Origin: Planctomycetota bacterium
Lineage (GTDB): Bacteria > Planctomycetota > B15-G4
Direction: 5' to 3'
Length of the DNA: 59,096 nucleotides
Assembly: GCA_036274635.1 (NCBI GenBank)
Contig: DASUFI010000185.1
Coordinates: 1-59,096, forward strand
Both the position numbers and the translations under genes were made by a program. The notes under the pieces are model-generated. The model was not told the origin of the DNA, ran no database searches, and saw only the letters and a program-made list of their open reading frames with translations. This document shows, piece by piece, positions 47,635-54,822 of this stretch; the first letter of the stretch is position 1; every line of letters begins with the position of its first letter.

Positions 47635-47994
47635 TTGGAACCGGACGACCTGAGTCACGAGGTCGAGCGACTGGCCGGTCGTGACGCATTGCCCTCCGAT
47701 GGCCGGCTCGATCCTGCCAATCCGCTGCACGTCGACCGCGCCGCCGCTGCCCTGCTCGCGCGCTTCTTCGGCGAGAACGATCCAGCGGCCTTCGAGGCCC
47801 TGGCGCGTCTGACCTGGCCGCTGCTCTCGGGCGCGGCGCGGGCGCTGACGCGCGAGGCGGGCCTCGCGGTGCCGGCCGCCAGCCTCGTCGCGGATCACAT
47901 GGCGCGGCTGTTCACGGACCTGGCGCCCGACGCCCGCACGCGGGCCGGCGGGGCGCACTTCCTCGCGGCGGCCGGGCGAGCCATGCAGGCCGAC
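47635..47994 (+). pseudogene. ECF-like sigma-70 family factor, 5' fragment (interrupted by IS insertion)
   Basis: ...LLARFFGENDPAAFEALARLTWPLLSGAARALTREAGL..AASLVADHMARLF is region-2-like. After codon GAC (47992-47994) the frame runs into the IS inverted repeat and stops at 48054. Confidence 0.7.
47987..47994. repeat. Target-site duplication, left copy (AGGCCGAC)
   Basis: It is identical to the 8-mer at 51372-51379 and directly abuts the left inverted repeat (IR-L). Confidence 0.85.
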
Positions 47995-48015
47995 CGGAAG
48001 TATGCCCCTAGTGAA
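47995..48015. repeat. Left terminal inverted repeat, IR-L (CGGAAGTATGCCCCTAGTGAA)
   Basis: It is the exact reverse complement of 51351-51371. Confidence 0.9.
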
Positions 48016-48069
48016 TGGAGCCGCCGGTCGGGTTGCGCGGGGTTGGCCACCTAGGCTTCACTGTTCGGG

Positions 48070-48711
48070 ATGGGGCGACCGGAGCTATCAGGGCGGCGGG
48101 TTGCGATTGGGCTCGTTGCGTTCGGCGGCGTTGTATGGGGGCTGTGGGTACTCGCCGGCGCGCTGCGTCAAGCCGAAGCAGACGTGAGCGCAGCAGCCGC
48201 GCTAGAAGCGCGAGAGCTATGGTTCCGAGTCATTGTGTTTGCCGCCTTGGCAATTGCCGGCGGAGCCCTGTGGCCGTCGCTTGAGTACACGGGGCGCAAA
48301 CTGCTTGGACTGCCCATCGAGGGCGACGAAGCAGAGCGCGCGGCTCGGTGGATGCTGCAAGTGCGGCTTACGATCCCCATCTTCGGGGCGACAACGCTCG
48401 CGCATATCGTCGAACGCTGGGAAAGCATCTTTGACGAAGACCTGACCACCGAGAAACCTGGGTGCAACCTCGCTCTCTGGAACCTCATCCTATTCGGGCC
48501 GCCGACCGCCCACGGGCCGACGACAACCAACAGGCTTACCGGCCTGCTACTGGACAGGATGACCAAGCGCGGTCTAGTGAGGGTCAGTAGCCACTCACAG
48601 CCGCGTGAGCCGCGCTTCGTTGCCGAGGCACTGATGGCAGACGCATGCGACTTCCTGCGCGCAATGAAAGGGTTCCGGCCCCTGTCTAAGCCTTCCGGCC
48701 AGAATCCTTAG
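48070..48711 (+). CDS. Cargo: membrane protein with 2-3 N-terminal TM helices and a winged-helix-like C-terminal region
   Basis: 213 aa. TM helices are VAIGLVAFGGVVWGLWVLAGAL and LWFRVIVFAALAIAGGALW. The C-terminus is TNRLTGLLLDRMTKRGLVRV. I recognise no family. Confidence 0.5.
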   Translation: MGRPELSGRRVAIGLVAFGGVVWGLWVLAGALRQAEADVSAAAALEARELWFRVIVFAALAIAGGALWPSLEYTGRKLLGLPIEGDEAERAARWMLQVRLTIPIFGATTLAHIVERWESIFDEDLTTEKPGCNLALWNLILFGPPTAHGPTTTNRLTGLLLDRMTKRGLVRVSSHSQPREPRFVAEALMADACDFLRAMKGFRPLSKPSGQNP

Positions 48712-48859
48712 GCCGGGAAGGGGAGCCACCCCTGCCCAGCATCTTGTCGATGAGGGCGAGCGGATTCCCTTTGATCTTGACGCGCACGGGCTTCCGCCCA
48801 GCTTTCTTTCGGCCACGCTTTGCCATGCCGCCTGACCTTACCAGCCGTGCCGCAGGGCG

Positions 48860-49816
48860 TCACGCGGCCTCGGATGGTGAATCGCTGTAGCGCAGCCGCT
48901 TGCCCTCGGACGCCTTGACGGCGCACGCCACGCGGTCCGCGTCCGTCAGCTTCCGGGTGTTGTACAGGTAAGCCGCCTCAGCCACGTAGCGGTGCAGGTG
49001 TTCGCGGCTGATCGCGTGGTGCGTGCCGTAGACCTTGCGCTTGAGCAGCGAGAAGAAGCCCTCAATCGTGTTGGTCGTCACGTCGCCGCGCGCGTACTCG
49101 TACAGGTGGTGATCGACGGTCTCGTGACCGCCCTTGAACATCCGCCCTGCATAGCGATACATGCGCGCCTCATCGGTCATGAGCCGGCTCTCGGGCGTGA
49201 CGTTCTCGAAGAGGAAGCGTTGCAGGTTGCTCGACGTGACCTCGGTGACGGCACGAACGCGCACGCCCCCGCCGCGCTGAACAACCGCCAGCACCGGCGC
49301 GCGCGTGTTGCCGGGGTGCTTGGATGTCTGCTGATTGTTGCGGCGGCGCGGCTTGCCGCCCACGTACGCTTCGTCGGCCTCCACCGTGCCGGAGAGCTTC
49401 GGCGCCTCGGCGCCATCGTCCATGGCGAAGCGGATGCGGTTCATCATGAAGAGGGCAGCCCGGTAGCCGATGCCCGTCTCGCGCTGAATCTGGAGCGCGC
49501 TGACGCCTTTCTTGCTCGCGCACGCGCGCCAGTAGGCGTGCGCCCAGATCCGCATCGGCAGGCGGCTCTCCTCGAACACGGTGCCCGTCCGCACGCTGTA
49601 CTGGCAGGGCTTGCCGGCCTTGGCGCAGTCCGGGCAGCGCCAGCGGAAGTGCGCCTCGCGCCTGCCATCCTTCCCGACGATCTTGTGGACGGCCATCGAT
49701 CCGCACCGGGGGCAGGCCGGAGCGTCGGGCCAGCGGCGGCTCTCAAAGAACTCCACGGCCTTGGCTTCGTCGGTGGTCGCGTCGCGCAGCACGGCGAGGG
49801 CTTCTTTCGTGTTCAT
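48860..49816 (-). CDS. IS1595 family transposase (ISXO2-like DDE domain with N-terminal zinc ribbon)
   Basis: ATG at 49816. The zinc ribbon is CPRCGS...WRCPDC...YSVRTGTVFEESRLPMRIW. DDE-domain hallmarks are VEADEAYVGGK, LMTDEARMY and NTIEGFFSLLKRKVYGTHH. Confidence 0.88.
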   Translation of the reverse strand: MNTKEALAVLRDATTDEAKAVEFFESRRWPDAPACPRCGSMAVHKIVGKDGRREAHFRWRCPDCAKAGKPCQYSVRTGTVFEESRLPMRIWAHAYWRACASKKGVSALQIQRETGIGYRAALFMMNRIRFAMDDGAEAPKLSGTVEADEAYVGGKPRRRNNQQTSKHPGNTRAPVLAVVQRGGGVRVRAVTEVTSSNLQRFLFENVTPESRLMTDEARMYRYAGRMFKGGHETVDHHLYEYARGDVTTNTIEGFFSLLKRKVYGTHHAISREHLHRYVAEAAYLYNTRKLTDADRVACAVKASEGKRLRYSDSPSEAA

Positions 49817-49892
49817 GCGGCCCACAATATTTCCGTATACTGGAAATGTCAAGGGCTTTTATCGACTACCGAAATGCGGTACCGTCCGGCCC

Positions 49893-50081
49893 ATGAAGAA
49901 GCCGAAGCGAGGGCGCCCGAGACTTCCCAAGGGGCAGGCGAGAACCGCCGTGCTCCCCGTGCGACTCCGGCCGGACGAACTGGAGGCCATGGAGCGCGCT
50001 GCTGGGCGGCAGGAGGCCGCCATAGGCGTCTGGGCCCGCGATACCCTGCGGAGGGCTGCTGGGCTCACCAACGACGCCTGA
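49893..50081 (+). CDS. Cargo: small ribbon-helix-helix-like protein (62 aa)
   Basis: MKKPKRGRPRLPKGQARTAVLPVRLRPDELEAMERAAGRQEAAIGVWARDTLRRAAG. It is divergent from the transposase gene. Confidence 0.5.
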   Translation: MKKPKRGRPRLPKGQARTAVLPVRLRPDELEAMERAAGRQEAAIGVWARDTLRRAAGLTNDA

Positions 50082-50275
50082 GGCGCCCGGGAGGGCTCCG
50101 CCATCTACGCCCGCCACTCCCGGGAGCCAGAGGCTTGTTTCCGTGGTGGCGGTCTGGGCAAAATTTGGACGCACTTGCGCCTGATGAGGGCGTTCAACTG
50201 TTCGGTTCCCACTGATTGGTTGAGAAGTGCTCGCGACCCGCCGGATGCACCCGGCGGGTCGCACTCTTTCCTGGC

Positions 50276-50803
50276 CTATTCGAGAAGCTGGGCCATAAGC
50301 TCCTCCGCGCGCTTCTTGCCGGGATTGGTAAGGCTGTACTTCGTGCCGCGCTTGGCTCCGGCCTTCGTAATCAGCGTCCCCTCGTGCGTGCCCAGCACTC
50401 GATCCATGCGGTCGAGCGGGCAGCCAGATTTTCGGAGGCTTCGCGCCAGCGTGACCGCAAACACGAACGGCTCGCTTGTCAGGCGCAGGTGGCCGTAGAT
50501 CATGAGGAGGATCTGATCGGGCACGTCCTTCGGCTTTACGAGCATCGACACGATGCCTTCGCGATCCCGATGGAACACCCGCGCGAGCAGGTCGTCATCG
50601 GCGCTGCGCGGGCCGGACTCGCCATTGCTGGCGCTGGCGCCGCCTTGGGTCGCGCTGCCGATGGAGTCGTTTACGCTGGCGCCGCGACCGCCGCTCGCCC
50701 GCAACGCTTCCAGCCAAAGCTGGTAGTCCGCGCGGACCTCTTCCTTGTCGCCTTCGCCGTGGAACTCGGCTCCGCCGAGCTTCACGTTCAAAACATAGGT
50801 CAT
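50276..50803 (-). CDS. Cargo: hypothetical protein (175 aa) with a winged-helix-like C-terminus
   Basis: ATG at 50803: MTYVLNVKLGGAEFHGEGDKEEV.... It has a Gly/Ser linker. The C-terminus is ...LARSLRKSGCPLDRMDRVLGTHEGTLITKAGAKRGTKYSLTNPGKKRAEEL. Confidence 0.55.
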   Translation of the reverse strand: MTYVLNVKLGGAEFHGEGDKEEVRADYQLWLEALRASGGRGASVNDSIGSATQGGASASNGESGPRSADDDLLARVFHRDREGIVSMLVKPKDVPDQILLMIYGHLRLTSEPFVFAVTLARSLRKSGCPLDRMDRVLGTHEGTLITKAGAKRGTKYSLTNPGKKRAEELMAQLLE

Positions 50804-51113
50804 GTGTTCGGTTCCCAACGCCCCACTGCACGGGGCAGGCCCCTAATTACCAGCTTGCCGCAAGCGACTTCAAGTATCCGTCATTGACGGCATGCGGCCT
50901 TTTTTAAGGCGCGAGGAATACCGCCGGCGAGGCTCCGTTGGATACCGGCGAACGCTGCGGGGAAGGCAATTTGCAGATTTCGTAACCAGTTGTCACCTCA
51001 CACGTTAGATCCGTTTCTTGCGGATCGTCGCAGCTTGCCATCTTCGCCGGTATCCGATAGAGGGCCGCCGGCGCTACTCTTCGCGCACAACTTCCCGGTC
51101 TTCAATGGCCGGC

Positions 51114-51143
51114 GGGGCCGTCTCTGACGGCCCCACTTTTTTT
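51114..51143 (+). terminator. Rho-independent terminator (orphan)
   Basis: GGGGCCGTC-TCT-GACGGCCCC forms a 9-bp stem, followed by AC and TTTTTTT. No plus-strand CDS ends upstream of it. Confidence 0.65.
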
Positions 51144-51150
51144 GGGGCGC

Positions 51151-51315
51151 ATGGGAACAGCGAGCGCGAGGCAGCCGCGGCCACAGACCATCGTGTACGT
51201 CGATGGGCTGAACCTCTACTACGGTGCCCTCAAGGGGACGCCGCACAAGTGGCTGGACTTGGTGAGGTTTGCTGGCCGGCTGCGCATCAACGACGACATC
51301 GTCCGCGTGCGCTAG
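51151..51315 (+). pseudogene. N-terminal remnant of an NYN-domain protein (54 codons)
   Basis: ...TIVYVDGLNLYYGALKGTPHKWLDLVRFAGRL... matches the N-terminus of NYN-domain proteins (VY.DGFNLYYGALKGT.YKWLDL). It stops after 54 codons, 35 nt before the right inverted repeat (IR-R). Confidence 0.55.
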
Positions 51316-51350
51316 GCCGCGCGCAGCTTGAACGCCGACTCGCCGGTCTG

Positions 51351-51371
51351 TTCACTAGGGGCATACTTCCG
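51351..51371. repeat. Right terminal inverted repeat, IR-R (TTCACTAGGGGCATACTTCCG)
   Basis: It is the exact reverse complement of IR-L. Confidence 0.9.
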
Positions 51372-51379
51372 AGGCCGAC
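51372..51379. repeat. Target-site duplication, right copy (AGGCCGAC)
   Basis: It is identical to 47987-47994. Confidence 0.85.
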
Positions 51380-51874
51380 GCATCTGAGAAGCTGCGCGCC
51401 TTCGCCGAGTCGCCCGGCGCCGTGCTCGCGGCGCTGGACGGGCCGGCGGATCCGGTGGACGTGGACGCCCTCGGCCGTCTCGCCACCGCTTCGCCCGCCG
51501 CGCAGCTGGCCGACACCGCCGGCTTGGCGGCCCTCTCGGCCGAGTCCGGCGGCCCGCGCCTCACCGGCGCCCGCGGCTCACGCGCGTCACGACATGCCCA
51601 GGCCCTCTTCTCCACCGCTTTCCATCGCCTCGACCCGCTACAACGGCGGGCGCTGCTCGCCCGAGACGTGGACGGCCTGTCGCTCCCGGAGGTGGCCGAG
51701 GCGGTCAAGGTAGGCAACAATGCCATGGCGTCGCTCCTCGTGGCGGCGCGCACGCGGCTGGCGGACGAGCTGGCCGCGCTGCTGCGCACGTACGGAGGGC
51801 GGCCACCCGGCTCCCAAGGCCCCGGAGGCTCCGGCGGCCGCGGCGGCCCGGGCAAGGGCAGGAGGAGGCGCTGA
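51380..51874 (+). pseudogene. ECF-like sigma-70 family factor, 3' fragment (region 4)
   Basis: LDPLQRRALLARDVDGLSLPEVAEAVKVGNNAMASLLVAARTRL is a region-4 helix-turn-helix. It is in frame with 47635..47994 once the element and one duplication copy are removed. It ends in an RGG-like tail, GGRPPGSQGPGGSGGRGGPGKGRRRR. Confidence 0.7.
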
Positions 51875-53013
51875 TGAGTCCCGCCAAGCGCAAGTCGGCC
51901 AAGTCCGGGCGCAGCGCCACCGTCGCCGCGCGCGGCGGCAAGGCGCGCGGCAAGGCCCGAGGCTCGGCTCTCACGAAGGCGGTGAAGGTGAAGGGAAAGA
52001 CACCGGTGAAGGCCGGGGATCACCGGGTGAAGGCGCGGAATGGGGCGCGCACCGGCGCCAGGAATGGCGCGGGGGTTGCTTGCGATTTGCCGCGGGAGGA
52101 GCTCGAGCTGCTGCTGGATCGCGATGGCGGGCGGGCGGACGTGTTGACGCACGTGCCGGCTTGCCATCCGTGCACGACGTCGCTGACGGTGATCGCAGCG
52201 CAGCGGGATGCGATCCGGCATTTGACGGCGGAGCCCGGCGGGACGGCGGTGGAGTATCTGCTGGAGCGTGGCGCGAAGGCGGGGGAGCGGAAGCTCGCGG
52301 ATCTGGTGTACGAGCTGGCGAAGGCGTGTGTAGAGGTCGCCCATGACCTTGAGCGCAGACTTCGGATGGCGGATCACCCGCGTACCCGTGGAGTCGTGTT
52401 TAGTGAAGTTCGGCAGGCTGCAGCGAGGAACACTCGCAGCAATGCGCAAGCACTCGCGTCACGCCTTCCAAGTGAAAGCGCTCCGGGCGAGCGCGCCGTA
52501 GCTGCGTCGGTGAGTTGCTTGGCCATCCTTCGTGAGCTTGAGGGCGAATCTGAACGATTCGGCTTGACGGAGGCAGTTCTCCTTATCGCTTCAGACCGCG
52601 CTGGCGAAGCTGAAAAGAGGCTGCACCGTCTTGTCAGCCGTCCCCTGACGCCGGTGAATCGGAAGTTCGCGCTCTGGAACCTGACTTGGGCGTTGCTGGA
52701 GCAAGGGAAGTACACGGAGGTCGTGTCTGTTGGCAGCGATGCGCTTCGCGAAGTGCCCGGCGACTGGAGTATCAACTTCAACTTGGCTTCGGCATGTGCG
52801 TGGCTGCGCGATCTGAGTGGCTTCGAGCGCCACGCCGCAGCCTTGAGGAAGGCAAAGGCACCTTCGGAGCGAGATCGTTCCTTTAGGGATCGATTGCTCA
52901 GATTTGAGGTGCCCAATTTCGCCGAAGTACTTGGCGTCGGGCCGGAAATCGTCGCGCAGAGCTTTGGACTGGCTAGTCGCGCCGATGAGGTGAGGTCGGA
53001 TGAAGGTGGCTGA
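51874..53013 (+). CDS. Putative anti-sigma factor (HxxxCxxC, ZAS-type) with a basic N-terminal tail and helical-repeat C-terminus; no TM segment
   Basis: ATG overlaps the sigma stop (TGATG) and follows GGAGGAGG. The zinc-finger motif (zf-HC2-like) is C...LELLLDRDGGRADVLTHVPACHPC, with H-x3-C-x2-C at 52150-52173. The first 68 aa are Lys/Arg/Ala/Gly-rich. Confidence 0.6.
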   Translation: MSPAKRKSAKSGRSATVAARGGKARGKARGSALTKAVKVKGKTPVKAGDHRVKARNGARTGARNGAGVACDLPREELELLLDRDGGRADVLTHVPACHPCTTSLTVIAAQRDAIRHLTAEPGGTAVEYLLERGAKAGERKLADLVYELAKACVEVAHDLERRLRMADHPRTRGVVFSEVRQAAARNTRSNAQALASRLPSESAPGERAVAASVSCLAILRELEGESERFGLTEAVLLIASDRAGEAEKRLHRLVSRPLTPVNRKFALWNLTWALLEQGKYTEVVSVGSDALREVPGDWSINFNLASACAWLRDLSGFERHAAALRKAKAPSERDRSFRDRLLRFEVPNFAEVLGVGPEIVAQSFGLASRADEVRSDEGG

Positions 53014-53434
53014 TTCCCCTCGATTTCGATCCATCATCCGCTCTGCCGCCGCTGCAGTGCTTCTGATCACGTTGGTCGCGGCCGTCATTGTTGATGGCCC
53101 CAATGACCCGAGACTCAAGTGTGGACCCGGTGGAACGGGTGGCATCCCCAAGAGCACGCCCCCGAAGCCAAGTCCGGCAGGAAGTACCAGTCCGATAAAG
53201 ACGCCGACGGTTGGCCAGGTGCTCGATGAACTGACTAATCAGCCAATTGTCGGCGCGCTGCTGGTAGTGACCGCACCTTCTGGCGAAATCGCCGGCGTCG
53301 CCTTGACCGACGGCGATGGCATCTTTGTGGTGTACCTACTCGACGTGCCCGGCCTTGAGCTCGCGATTCCGAGCGAAGGGTTTGCAGGGCTGTCCATCGA
53401 GGCTGGAGACGTTCTAACGATTTTCGTGCCGTAG
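53000..53434 (+). CDS. Membrane-anchored protein with one G-P-G-G-T-G-G-I-P-K motif and a C-terminal CarboxypepD_reg-like domain (short paralog)
   Basis: The anchor is AAAAVLLITLVAAVIV. The C-terminus GQVLDELTNQPIVGALLVVTAPSGEIAGVALTDGDGIFVVYLLDVPGLELAIPSEGFAGLSIEAGDVLTIFVP aligns with the C-terminus of the next gene. Confidence 0.6.
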   Translation: MKVADSPRFRSIIRSAAAAVLLITLVAAVIVDGPNDPRLKCGPGGTGGIPKSTPPKPSPAGSTSPIKTPTVGQVLDELTNQPIVGALLVVTAPSGEIAGVALTDGDGIFVVYLLDVPGLELAIPSEGFAGLSIEAGDVLTIFVP

Positions 53435-53573
53435 CAGGGCATGGTGGTGATTCTCGCCCGCCCTCGGTGTCTTGGATGTACGTCGCCGTAGCCGCTTGCC
53501 GGCCGTAGGCGACCCGTCCTTGTGTTATGGCGACGATGACGTCTGACCCCGCGTGCATTCGGAGGGTGACCCA

Positions 53574-54635
53574 ATGAACTCGATCCACTTCGAGCGTTGT
53601 CTGCTGTGTGCCTTGCTCGCGGTAAGGATTTGCTCGGCCCAAGCGACCATGTTCCATGTGCAGCTTCCGGTCTGCGAGCTCGCCACGCCGCGACCGTGCA
53701 TGGCGCAAGCTACTGCGCTCATCACAGGCCAGAAAGCTCGGCCCACAGTCAGCGACCCTGGAAGCGTCGGAGGCCTCCCCTGCAATGCGAAGTTTGGTCT
53801 TGGACCGGACAGCACGGGAAGCCTTGCGAAGTCGCTGATGAACCTGCCTGAGAGTTCACCCGGGTCATCTCAGCGCTCGAACAGCTGCAGCGGCGCATCA
53901 CCGTTGCCCGACGCCGGACCCGGCGGCGGAGGCGAAGTGTCTCGTGAGGAAGTGAAGTCGACGAGCGATCCCGGAAGGGCCGGCAGCCTCCTTACGTCGG
54001 TCCCCGCGGCATCGAGTCCCGTCGTTGCCGGTGGTCCTGATGGCGTGGGAAGTCTTCCAAAGCCGCTGGAAAAGTTGCCTCCGATCCTGCCCGAATCTTC
54101 GCAGCGCCGGAGCAGCAGTGTGTTCACGCCGTCCACCGCCCACCCCGGGGGCGGAGGCGCGGCGCCTCACCTGCAAGCTACTGCGGCCTCGTGTCCCGAC
54201 GGTGCCGGCGGCATCCCTAGGTCTGTCACTGGTCGGCCGAGCTTGGTCGGTGTCGGTGGCCCTGACGGCGCCGGAAGCCTTCCAATCGTCTCGCCCCCTC
54301 CCGGCGCGCCACACCTCACCATCGGTGGAAACGGCACCGGCGGCATTCGTCTGACCTGCACACCCAGCTCCCTGCCGAGTACCCTTCCTTCGCCGGCAGG
54401 CCAGTGCGTCAGCGGCCTCGTATTCGACGCTTCGACCCGCCGCCCCATCGCCGGCGCGCCGGTCGTCGTGATCGATGTCCGTGCTGGCATCGCCAGCGTG
54501 ACCGTCACCGATGAACTCGGCCAGTTCATCGCCTACATCGACAACGCGGCCGGCCTCGACCTCGCGATCCCAACAGAAGGCATCGCAGGCATCTCGGTGG
54601 CGCCGGGCGACATCCTCGAGATCGCCGTGCCCTAG
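53574..54635 (+). CDS. Secreted protein with reiterated G-P-D-G-x-G-S-L-P-K motifs and a C-terminal CarboxypepD_reg-like domain (long paralog)
   Basis: ATG at 53574 lies 7 nt after GGAGGG. The signal peptide is MNSIHFERCLLCALLAVRICSAQA. Motifs GPDSTGSLAKS, GGPDGVGSLPKP, CPDGAGGIPRS, GGPDGAGSLPIV and GGNGTGGIRLT are present. Confidence 0.65.
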   Translation: MNSIHFERCLLCALLAVRICSAQATMFHVQLPVCELATPRPCMAQATALITGQKARPTVSDPGSVGGLPCNAKFGLGPDSTGSLAKSLMNLPESSPGSSQRSNSCSGASPLPDAGPGGGGEVSREEVKSTSDPGRAGSLLTSVPAASSPVVAGGPDGVGSLPKPLEKLPPILPESSQRRSSSVFTPSTAHPGGGGAAPHLQATAASCPDGAGGIPRSVTGRPSLVGVGGPDGAGSLPIVSPPPGAPHLTIGGNGTGGIRLTCTPSSLPSTLPSPAGQCVSGLVFDASTRRPIAGAPVVVIDVRAGIASVTVTDELGQFIAYIDNAAGLDLAIPTEGIAGISVAPGDILEIAVP

Positions 54636-54822
54636 CGTTCGTCTAGCGCGTCATGGCCGGCACGCGTCGATTGCGTTGCCGACCGACTGGGCTGCCGGTG
54701 GTGCCGGATGCACGGAAACCGTCAGCGTGAGCTCCAAGACCATCGCCTTCGAGCTCGCGCCCGCCTTCCGCTACAATCCCGCGCTTCCTTCCGCCTCCCC
54801 GGACGCTTGCTCGCCACACCCC

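Larger units (their letters stand above)
47995..51371. mobile_element. IS1595-family element carrying cargo (3,377 bp)
   Basis: It has perfect 21-bp terminal inverted repeats and an 8-bp direct duplication. An IS1595-type transposase gene lies inside. GC is lower (about 58-62% by spot counts) than the flanks. Confidence 0.85.

Noticed and set aside
48686-48826. 46-aa basic ORF on the minus strand just downstream of the transposase gene (MAKRGRKKAGRKPVRVKIKGNPLALIDKML...)
   Set aside because: It is short, overlaps the 3' end of 48070..48711 tail-to-tail, and has no recognisable family or RBS. Support is insufficient to call it a gene, though it could be checked in homologous elements.
51018-51713. 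ORF 51018..51713(+) (231 aa), which crosses the terminator, the NYN remnant, IR-R and the sigma 3' fragment
   Set aside because: It reads through a strong terminator hairpin and the IS boundary in a frame different from both the NYN and sigma sequences. It is a chimeric artefact.
53800-54350. Regularly spaced short DNA repeats that could superficially suggest a repeat array or CRISPR
   Set aside because: The repeats are imperfect and about 30 nt long, and they lie inside a continuous ORF with a signal peptide. They encode the GPDGxGSLPK peptide motif. No CRISPR-like direct repeats with unique spacers, and no tRNA or rRNA genes, were seen anywhere in the window.
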